Source: Octopus vulgaris (taxonomy: Eukaryota). From it: a stretch of DNA of 64,000 nucleotides. The translations under genes were made by a program, and so were the position numbers. Below are positions 53,940 to 64,000 of the stretch, piece after piece; the first letter of the stretch is position 1, and every line of letters begins with the position of its first letter. The DNA is taken from the NCBI GenBank assembly GCA_951406725.2, contig OX597816.1, positions 29,698,001 to 29,762,000 on the forward strand, given 5' to 3'. Below the pieces are notes generated by a model. That model saw nothing but the letters and a program-made list of their open reading frames with translations, ran no database searches and had not been told where the DNA came from.

Positions 53940-54700
53940 AAACACCACCAAGAGCCTACTCCCAAATGTATCTGTCCAGACCTATGAGCCAGTCCAGTCG
54001 TCCGTCCAGCGATTCGTGATTAAATATGTCATATATGAGGCAGAAGTTACAGCAACGGCTGATGATAAGATAACCGGAAAAAAAGAGTTTCATCGGCTTA
54101 TGTGAATACGCTATAGTCACCGCATATTTTTCTTCAGGCACAGGGACAAAAGTAAAGCAACTAAATTGGCTAGCTACGTGTGGCGCTTGAAGTCTGCAGT
54201 CACACCACATACAATCATGTGGAAAATAGCTGGAAAGTCCACACTATATGTCAACGGATCAAAAAATTGCAAGCTATGTGAAGCTAAAGGATCACAGATC
54301 CTTTTCAGATCCACAAATTGCACCACACTCCAGAATCCAGAACATAAGATTTTCATTTCAGCGGATGTAATTATATGAATAAATTCCTGTTAGCAAATTG
54401 GAAAATACCACCCGCTCCGGATTGAGCAGATGTCCCGCAGAGTCTAGCGTCCTGTTCATTCAGCCTTATTTTGCTTTTACAATCAACCCTCCTTTTTTCT
54501 TTCTTTACCCTTCCGTTTCCCAGGGTTTTCAACCTTCCACATTTTATATCTACTTTCTTCTCGCCTATTCTCATATTTTATTTTATTTTATCGTCCTGCT
54601 TTAGCTTTATATGCCATGTAGGCATCAGATGTGTTGTAAATTGGTGTCGTTTTCGTCGCATAAAACTACTAGTAGTTCATTGAAATATATACTGTGTTTA
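53940..54700 (+). mobile_element. Decayed PLE GIY-YIG C-terminus + 3' UTR
   Basis: VIYEAEV..FIGLCE..FRHRDKSKATKLASYVWRLK..IMWKI..CKLCEAK..NKFLLAN. Confidence 0.8.
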
Positions 54701-54767
54701 TGAAACAATATTTATAATTCAGATGGAAAATATTTTTTCTTGTTCTTATCTTCGAGGAACAGTATAC

Positions 54768-54798
<31 letters not shown>

Positions 54799-54799
54799 A

Positions 54800-56000
54800 C
54801 AGGGTTTGGACAAAATAACGGAAACACCTAGTGTCATAGCATCGTAATTTTGAAATATCTATAAAACCGTCAAAAGCTTGATTTGTTATTAGTGTTGCTT
54901 TTAATATGTTTTGCTAAAATTGCTGTTCCTTTCCAGATATCATCAGAAAAAGGTAATTAAAATTCATTAAAACGACAGATCTCTCGGACTTTAAAAGAGG
55001 TTAAATTGTTGGTGTTCGTATGGCAGGCGCTAGCGTAAAGAAAAACAGCCGAAATGTTTGGTGTATCAAAAAGTACTGTCTAGAAAGTAGTGACAGCCTT
55101 CGAGAAAGAGGGAAAAAAACCTCTTCGTCGAAACAGAACTCTGAAAGGAAACAGAAACTTTCAGATAGGGACCGTCGGCTTCTTAATGACCACATCGAGA
55201 ATTCAGTTTCCACAAAAGCTGTTCGCCGGGAGCTGCACAAAGCTGGGTTTCACGGGAGTACTGCAATTAGAAAACAACTACTTTCAAATACAAAAGTTGC
55301 AAAGCATTAAGAGTGGAGTAAAAACCGACAGAATTGGTCCCTAGAGCAGTGGAAGAATGTTATGTTTTCGGATGAGTCATCCTTTAGCTTATTTCCGACC
55401 ACCGGCCGAGTATACTGTGGAGACAGGCAAAAGAAACATTTGACCCAGACTGCTTTTTTCCAACTGTTAAACATGGAGGGAGATCTGTGATGATCTGGGG
55501 GACTATATCTTGGAAATATGCCGACCCAATGGTTTCCCTTCATAGCAAAATTAATAGCCAATACTATTTAAGCATTTTATCTGATCAAATTAATCCTATG
55601 GTTGCGGAACTGTTTCCAGAGGGAAACGCAATCTTTCAGGATGATAATGCACCAATTCACACAGCTAAAATTGTTAGTGAATGTCATGAGGAACTTTCTA
55701 GTAAAGTTGAATATCTTATCGGGCCACCGCAGTTCCCTGATCTCAAATATTATTGAGCATTTATGGTGCATTTTTGAAAAGTAAATAAGGAGTCAATATC
55801 CTCCACTATCATCACTACGAGAACTGGAAACTGTTTTAACAGAAAAATGGACAAAATTTCCTTTGGAAAAAATTCAAACTTTGTAGGAGTCCATATTTCA
55901 TAGAATTAAAGCTGTAATTACTGTCAAAGGCGGTCCTGCTCCATATTAAAATAAATGTGTTTGAAATTTTAAGGTGTTTCTATTATTTGTCCAACCCTTG
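54800..56000 (+). mobile_element. Tc1-like (DD34E) transposon, decayed, complete ends
   Basis: TA|CAGGGTTTGGACAAAATAACGGAAACACCT TIR with a matching right TIR|TA. Motifs WKNVMFSDES, TVKHGG.SVMIWG, FQDDNAPIH, IEHLW. Confidence 0.93.
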
Positions 56001-56022
56001 TATATATATGCATATGTATGTA

Positions 56023-56066
<44 letters not shown>

Positions 56067-56151
56067 GTAATATTAGGGAATAAATCAAAACTTACAGGGA
56101 AAAATTAGATTTAGGATTAAATCCAATTTTATAGTATAAATATATTATATT

Positions 56152-56493
56152 ATATTATATTAAATTAGAGATAAAACCATTATTAGGCAAATCAAACAGT
56201 GAAAAACATAAGCCAATACATAGAATTAATTTAAAAATATAAAAGTTAAAAATAAAAAATTATTTAAATAATTTAAACTTATAAATTTTATATATATATA
56301 CAAATATATATATAAATGTATGTATGTATATTTTTATATTTATATATTATTTTATTTATTAATTAATTAATTTATTTATTTTTTTTTTTAATAATTTTTT
56401 ATTTTTAACTTTTATATTTTTTAATTAATTTTATGTATTGGCTTATGTTTTTCACTGTTTGATTTGCCTAATAGTGGTTATATCTCTAATTTA

Positions 56494-56502
<9 letters not shown>
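56152..56502. repeat. AT-rich inverted repeat with about 110-bp arms
   Basis: AAATTAGAGATAAAACCATTATTAGGCAAATCAAACAGTGAAAAACATAAGCCAATACATA and its reverse complement at about 56388-56502; related single copy at 52981-53050. Confidence 0.92.
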
Positions 56503-56554
<52 letters not shown>

Positions 56555-56582
56555 TTTATTTTAAGCAGCAGAAAATTCAACA

Positions 56583-56628
56583 AAATCTGTTACTCTGAGT
56601 TTCTCGTTGCCGTTCATCAGACAGTTTT
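56583..56628 (-). ncRNA. Minimal type I hammerhead ribozyme with intact catalytic core
   Basis: AAAACTGT-CTGATGA-ACG(GCAA)CGA-GAAACTCAGAGTA-ACAGATTT: CUGAUGA and GAAA boxes, GUA cleavage triplet, stem I CUGU/ACAG, palindromic stem III ACUC-A-GAGU. Confidence 0.8.
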
Positions 56629-57062
56629 TGCTAGAATGGAACATATATATTAATTCAATCTATACTCTTACAAACGCTACACCTTTAAAAAGAAATGGAC
56701 TTGTTTGATTGGCCCTTTAGAAAAAACGGTCAATCTTCGAGCGATAAACAAAAAGGTCAAAAATATATGTATATATATATATAAAAACTTATAAAAATTA
56801 TAAAATCCGAGGAAAATACCGAGGAAAAAACCTGTTGCCGTTAATGAAGACAGTACAAATTAATGCATAGAAATTAAACCTGTTATAAATACTGCAATAC
56901 ATATTTATATTAAAATCCACATATATATATCAACATACACAAAAGGATGCGCGTAAACGCCATACATACACATACAGACGTATGAATATGAATCTAAATT
57001 ATACACATAAAAGCATGTGTACATATATTCACGCAAACCGTCTCGCACGCAAGCTAAAATTC

Positions 57063-57910
57063 ATCTATGTAGCAATTCTCATATACTGAGCAAGGAGGGG
57101 GAACGAAAGAAAGGGAAAGAGAGAAAAAGGAACGGAGGAGGGGTGGGGGGAAAACTTGTAGCTATGTTATTTGGCATCTATAGAGGCCTGTATACATACA
57201 CAAGTTTGAATTGATACATATACATACCGTCGTGTATATGTGCGCTTAAGCACAAGCATACTTTCACTCACACATACACAGATACGCATGCTTACAAATA
57301 CATATGCTTTGCTATACACAAACTTATATAAACATTCTAAATTTGACAACATTGCTTTTTTTAAAAAAAACATTGCTTTTAAAAAATGGGTGCATTAATA
57401 AAAATATATACGAAAGACCTATAAAATAAAATATAACATAATCTAAAAATAGAATTCCCATTTATAGATGCAGGTCTATATAGGGATGACGGCCTTATAG
57501 CCACGCATAATCTAAACGGCCATGAATCAGATAGACTTAGGAAGGACCTTATAGTTTTCTTTCAAAGGATGGGCTTACGGATTACGATAGATACTAACCT
57601 GAATAGTGTAGACTTTTTAGACGTAAATTTTAATGTAAGATCGGATAGATTTAAACCTTTCCGTAAGCCCAATGAAAAGCTATCGTATATTAGCAAAGAT
57701 TCGAACCATCCACCAGTTATCCTTAGCAACTTAGTCAAGTTTCCCCCCACCCCTCCTCCGTTCCTTTTTCTCTCTTTCCCTTTCTTTCGTTCCCCCTCCT
57801 TGCTCAGTATATGAGAATTGCTACATAGATAATAAAGCATATTACTCTACCACTGGTATTTGAGTACTCTTTTTTCCACCTTGTTTCACATTTATGTGTT
57901 TACTCCGGTT
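57063..57910 (+). mobile_element. PLE RT fragment with 3' pseudo-LTR piece and an inverted upstream copy
   Basis: GLYRDDGL...VDFLDVNFN..FKPFRKPNEKLSYISKDSNHPP (57470-57735); about 95-bp inverted repeat 57063-57158 versus 57736-57830. Confidence 0.85.
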
Positions 57911-58311
57911 ATATATATATATATATATATAAACATATATATAAACAGGAGATATTACAGAGTTACTCACGGGACTTTCTGTCCTTTAAGACTCCTTAAC
58001 TGCTGCCAAACTTTAATTAAAAACGTATATATACTCATGTTTCTAGTTCTTTTTCCTGTTTGCTTCATTAACCATATATACATATACAGGTATACATACA
58101 AACATGCATATATACACATATGCAAATCTACATACATGCATACATATATGCATGCATACATACATATATACATACATACATACATACATACATACATACA
58201 TACATACATACATACATACATACATACATACATACATACATACATACATACAAACGTACGTATATACATATATGTTGGGGTTGGATACGTAAGTAAACAG
58301 ACATATAAATA

Positions 58312-59517
58312 TTAGGTTCTCAAGAAATTTCTTGCGGAATTTTAAATTTTGATTTTAATGATGTATTTTCAAATTAATTTTCGTTGAATTGCTTTGAATT
58401 TATATATCATTTTAAAACCCGTATTTTGCTCTATATAATCGTGTTACGCTTTTTCTTTTTGAATAATTAGGCAATATTTCTGGAACGTTGAATACAACAT
58501 GGACGAAAATCAAATTCACACACTTTTTTTATTCCAGTTCAAGCTAGGCCGAAAAGCTGCTGAAACAGCTCGCAATATCAACGATGCGTTTGGCCCAGGA
58601 ACCACTAATAAACGTACAGCACAATGGTGGTTAAAGAAATTTCGTTGCGGTGACAAGAGTTTTGAAGATGATAAGCGAAGTGGTCGGCCATCGGATGCTG
58701 ACAACGATCAACTAAGAGCATTAGTCGACGCCAATTCACGCACAACTGTTCGAGAGCTTGCTTCTGAATTAGATGTAACGTATACGACAATTTCCAACCA
58801 CTAGAAAGATATTAGGAAAGCAAAAATACTTGAGAAATGGGTGCCGCACGAATTGAATGACAAAAAAAAAATAATAAAACACCGTTTTGGAGTGTCGTTT
58901 TCCCTTCCTTTACACAACAATGACCCGTTTTTCAAGCGGATTGTGACTAAAGATGAAAAGTGGATTCTTTACGACAACCGGTGACGCTCAGCTCAGTGGT
59001 TGGACGCCGACAAAGCTCTATGGCACTTCCCGAAGCCAAATTTTGGTATGCAGGCGAAACCATTACGGTGGAGCAGTACTGTCAGCAAATGGATTAAATG
59101 CATACGAAACTCCGTAAAAATCCACCATTGGTCAATAGAAAAGGACCAATTCTTCTCCACGACAATGCTCGGTTGCACGTCGCACATCTGACACTGCAGA
59201 AGTTGAACGAATTGGGCTACGAAACTCTGCCTCATCCACCATAATCGCCAGACCTCTCGCCTAACGACTACTACTTTTCCAAGCATCTCGACAACTTCCT
59301 GCGTCAGAAATGCTTCAAGAACCAAGACAATGCCAAACAGTCCTATAACGACTTCATCGCCACCAGAACGCAGGATTCTTACGCTACTAGCATAAATAAA
59401 CTTCATGTTGGCAAAAGAGTGTTGATTTTGATGGTGTTTATTTCGATTAATAAAGTTTTGTTTAAGCTCAGATATGTGCATCTGAATTTAAAAGTTAAAA
59501 ACCACAAGACAACCTAA
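58312..59517 (+). mobile_element. Mariner (DD34D) transposon, decayed, internal deletion
   Basis: TA|TTAGGTT...AACCTAA|TA ends; HTH ORF 58499-58804, WVPHEL, DEKWILYDN, HDNARLH, SPDLSPNDYY. Confidence 0.93.
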
Positions 59518-59696
59518 TAGAGAAATAGGTAATACGGACAGACAAGCATACACACATACACAATTGACGACTGAAACACATGACCATATACACACACGCA
59601 CACTTTACACACGCATGCAAATACACTCACACACTCACGCATACAAACGCATAAACATGAACACACAAACACATGAATATGCAGGATACATACAAA

Positions 59697-59784
<88 letters not shown>

Positions 59785-60037
59785 TACACTCACGCATACA
59801 TGAATACAGACGCATCCATACAAACATACATACATGCGCATGTGTATACACATGCACACAGACGCGCACACATGCGCACAAACAAACAAAAAGAACGCAG
59901 CTCTGATGAGGCAGAGTCAGCGACTACTGAAGATGTTGTAAGACGCAACAAAAATTTTTGAAACAATAAATAAGTAAATGCGTGAAAATAGAATCGGAGT
60001 ATGTGTTAAGTAACAAGGCACTAGACACAATAATATA

Positions 60038-60392
60038 TCTCTTTTATTTGTTTCAGTCATTTGACTGTGACCATGCTGGAGCACCGCCTTTAGTCGACCA
60101 AATCGACGCCAGGACTTATTCTTTGTAAGCTAAGTTACGGGGACGTAAACACACCAGCATCGGTGTTGGGAGAACAAACACAGACACACGAACATATACA
60201 CACATACATAAATATATATATACATATATATGACGGGCTTCTTTCAGTTTCCGTCTACCAAATTCACTCACAAGGCTTTGGTCGGCCCGAGGCTATTGTA
60301 AAAGACACTTGTACAAGGTGCCACGCAATGGGACTGAACTCGGAATCATATCATTCGTAAGCAAGCTACTTACCACACAGCCACTCCTACTT
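60038..60392 (-). mobile_element. SINE family B
   Basis: Matches 15517-15925 with internal deletions. Confidence 0.9.
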
Positions 60393-60394
60393 GC

Positions 60395-60494
<100 letters not shown>

Positions 60495-60609
60495 TGTATG
60501 TAGGCATATATACATATGTATGTATGTATGTATGTGTGTGTATACATATATACTTGCATAAAAATATAAATGTATGTGTGTGGGGGTGTAAGAGACATAT
60601 CCATAGACT

Positions 60610-60800
<191 letters not shown>

Positions 60801-60829
60801 GCTAAATCTATTCCAGGAGTTTTGAGACA

Positions 60830-61640
60830 TTTTAGGAGAGGCATTTGTAACTGTTGTAGATTATTGTAATTTTATTATTTTCTTTGTATACATCATATAA
60901 GCTGATCTGCCTACTTTTGTTATTTGAGATTGAAGGAGATAGCTATGACAGCAGTCTTTAGTAGGATATGATCAAAGATATCCTACTAAATAATGCTTGT
61001 CAGAGCTGACTAGTTTGTAGAAAGCAGTCGGCGCATGAATGCGATTTGATAGCTCACTGTTTGTGTTAAATTGAGAAGAAAAATGTTACAGAAATATCTG
61101 AAACGACTGTTTAAGAATTATCTTGCATGAGCTGGTCTACTGTTTTTCACTTGTACAAGCGGTCGGGCAGACGAAGTCCACAGGGAAGCTCATAATGATC
61201 TACTTTTTCGATAGCAACGTCATTGTTTTGATCTACTGGGTTGCCGCTCACCAGACGTGAGGGAGTTAAGGAGGAGATTATGTTGCAAAAAGCGAGAGCT
61301 CCTCCACACAAGTAAGAGACACCTACACCAAGTCAATGCACCAGTCCAAAATCTATCCTGGTATCCAGCTCTTTGACAGAGATTTGCATCAAAACTGTCC
61401 TTCGCTCTACCTATCATCTTAGTGAGTTTTGGTCTTACCCCAAGCTGAAGATGATGAAAGCGGCAGTAACAAGGGTTCTGAACCCGGACACATTCACTTT
61501 GAAGCATTTTCATGGGAGTTTCAAGAAGTGGCTGGAATGCTACCACAAGTGCATTGAAGTCAGTGTTTCGAAGGAGATCAGTTTTGTACTTCTTAGAAAT
61601 TAATAAATCTCTCTCTTGAAACTCTTTAGCCTACTGGAAT
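60830..61640 (+). mobile_element. Highly decayed mariner relic
   Basis: C-terminal EFWSYPKLK...FHGSFKKWLECYHKCIEV. Confidence 0.6.
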
Positions 61641-61649
61641 GAACTTGTA

Positions 61650-62024
61650 GGAGCACTCCGTCGATTGCGACGATGAGGGTCCCAGCTGATACGATCAACG
61701 GAACAGCATGCTCGTGATATTAACGTGTAAGTGGCTGAGCACTCCACAGACACGTGTACCCTTAACGTAGTTCTCGAGGAGATTCAGCGTGACACAGATT
61801 GTGACAAGGCTGGCCCTTTGAAATACAGGTACAAGAGAAACAGGAAGAAAGAGCGAGAGAAAGTTGTGGTGAAAGAATACAGCAGGGTTCACCACCTTGC
61901 CGGAGCCTCGTGGAGCTTTAGGTGTTTTCGCTCAATAAACACTCACAATGCCCGGTCTGGAAATCGAAACCGCGATCCTCCGACCGCGAGTCCGCTGCCC
62001 TAACCACTGGGCCATTGCGCCTCC
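61650..62024 (-). mobile_element. SINE family C, tail type 2, with 14-bp TSD
   Basis: TSD GGAATGAACTT(G/A)TA at 61636-61649 and 62027-62040. Confidence 0.93.
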
Positions 62025-62042
62025 TCGGAATGAACTTATATA

Positions 62043-63255
62043 CAGAGTGTCCCGAAATTAAAGCAACCGAAGTTTCGGGCTTTAATAACTATCAATAAAT
62101 GTGATAACATATGAAAATTATACATGATTATAAAAGCTTAGTGTGTCTTTTTTTTTGTTTGTTTCAGACTAAATAAATTCAGATTTATAAATTAGATAAT
62201 GGCTATACAATCATAACTCTCCTCAAAGGAAGTAATACAGCTATAGCAAAAAAAAAATTAAAGTAACTCGACAAGAGTATGGAACGTTGTTAAGAAATTT
62301 CAAGAGACTAGTTCTAACACTGTTCGAATTGGACGTGGCCGAAAAAGAAGTGTGCGGACCCTTTAGCTGATCAAAATTTACCAGAGAAACGATATGGCGA
62401 AATCCTCGTCATTCCATAAGAAAAAAGCGACTGCCGCAGCAAAAATAGGCTGAATATCGATGTATCGAGTGCGGAAGAAAGATCTCAGGACTCACCGGTA
62501 CAAGATGATCCGTCGTCGTGTGCTCACGCAGGTTTATAAGGCCATGAGACTAGCAGGAAGTCATCTTAAACTGCGTCAGATTGCTGAAGGCACGCTACGC
62601 AACTTGTTGTTCACTGATGAAAAGAAATTTGACATTGAACAGCCAGGAAACAACCAAAATGTTTTTGGAATGTGTCTGGCCGCGTTCAGTGTAAACTCGT
62701 AAATTGACATCAAAGTCCATAACCAGTTATGGTTCTCACCTCGTTTTTGTGCCCTCGAGTGTTAAAATTAACATCCAGCGATACATTAGCAACATTTAGG
62801 AAGCTGAACCGTTTCCTTGGACGTATGAGCAGCATGAAAGAGCACCTTGGAGCCCCCAACAGGACTTAGGACTATCCCACAGCTCCAAATAGACACAACA
62901 TTGGACTCAGAAAAAAACATTCCATCGTTCATAAACAAGGATGCATGGCCCTCAAGATATCCTAATCTCAACCTGTTAGAATGTTATATTTAGTCCATTT
63001 TAGAGACACGATCTTCAGCACTTCTCATGCTTCACTCGACTCTCTGAAGACAAAACTGCGCCAGGAATGCGCTTCGATTCCACAAGAACAGCTGCGTGCC
63101 GCGTGTGAAGCATTCGCATCGAAACTTAAGGCTGTGATTCGAAACAGAGGTGGTCATATCGAAGAAACGAAGGTAGTGTCATAATTGTGTTTCCTTTACT
63201 ATTCCATTGCAACGCTCGAACCTGAAACATTTGGCAAAACTGAAAAAGGGTGGTT
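62043..63255 (+). mobile_element. Tc1/mariner superfamily (DD37D-like) relic
   Basis: TA|CAGAGTGTCCCG left end; GRGRKRSVRT, LLFTDEKKFDIEQ, WPSRYPNLNLLE, RLKAVI-like end; right TIR not recognisable. Confidence 0.8.
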
Positions 63256-63521
63256 ACGTACCAACATACATACATTCACTCATATGCACAAACATACATA
63301 TGCATGTATTATTTTGTTTTGTAACCGTAGGTCAAACATTATTTGTTATAATAACGTTGAAAGTCACGGCTATACCATCTCTTTGTATACCATTGTTGAT
63401 CTAGGATTTTATCATCAAAAGTGTCATTTCCTTTTAAACGTTACATGAAGGAAATTTTGTTGTTATTTCTAACAGGACCATGTAGAAGCACATTCGTATA
63501 CATATTGTTTGTATATATATA

Positions 63522-63829
63522 TCATCGTGATCACCGTGACCGACCAGGCTATCAGATGTTGTTACACATCGCTGGTCACAATGCGCTTCGCATTATTTTA
63601 GCCTTCAAATGACGCCACCCCACTGGCTAAGCGAGTAGGCCAACAGAAGAAAGAGTGAGAGAAAGTTGTGGCGAAAGAGTACAGCAGGGGTCGCCACCAC
63701 CCCCTGCCGGAGCCTCGTGGAGTTTTAGGTGTTTTCGCTCAATAAACACTCACAACGACCGGTCTGGGAATCGAAACCACGGTCCTACGACCGCGAATCT
63801 GCTGCCCTAACCACTGGGCCATTGCACCT

Positions 63830-63831
<2 letters not shown>
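63522..63831 (-). mobile_element. SINE family C, tail type 1
   Basis: Reverse complement matches 50598-50908. Confidence 0.93.
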
Positions 63832-63897
<66 letters not shown>

Positions 63898-63898
63898 A

Positions 63899-63951
<53 letters not shown>

Positions 63952-64000
63952 CTGTATGCGTGCATAGATATTTGTGTGTATTACGCTGATTCATATATTA

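Noticed and set aside
54059-54080. CTGATGA...GAAA hammerhead-like match
   Set aside because: Lies inside GIY-YIG coding remnant; no stem II or III

Overview
AT-rich, microsatellite-dense eukaryotic DNA. The SINE families, Dong/R4 LINEs and (TA)n/(TAA)n/(TAGA)n load look like an octopus (coleoid cephalopod) genome; this is recalled from memory, not from a database match. I found no supportable host protein-coding exon, and most ORFs in the track are microsatellite or antisense artefacts. The window is a transposon graveyard. It holds one nearly intact RLE-type R4/Dong non-LTR retrotransposon (about 3879-8481, minus; about 1300 codons broken by one stop and one 1-nt frameshift) and at least 7 decayed Dong pieces. 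It also holds 4 Penelope-like (PLE) fragments, Tx1/L1-like and RTE-like relics, 3 mariner and 3 Tc1/DD37D-type relics, a short Helitron and more than 20 tRNA-derived SINE copies. The most notable unexplained layer is about 10 minimal hammerhead-ribozyme motifs or remnants with palindromic stem III. They lie in short units mostly beside (TA)n tracts, with long fold-back or direct repeats, and in two cases a tRNA-like Pol III head lies next to the motif. This is a candidate PLE pseudo-LTR or retrozyme-like small-RNA system. Boundaries of decayed elements are approximate (about 10-50 bp).
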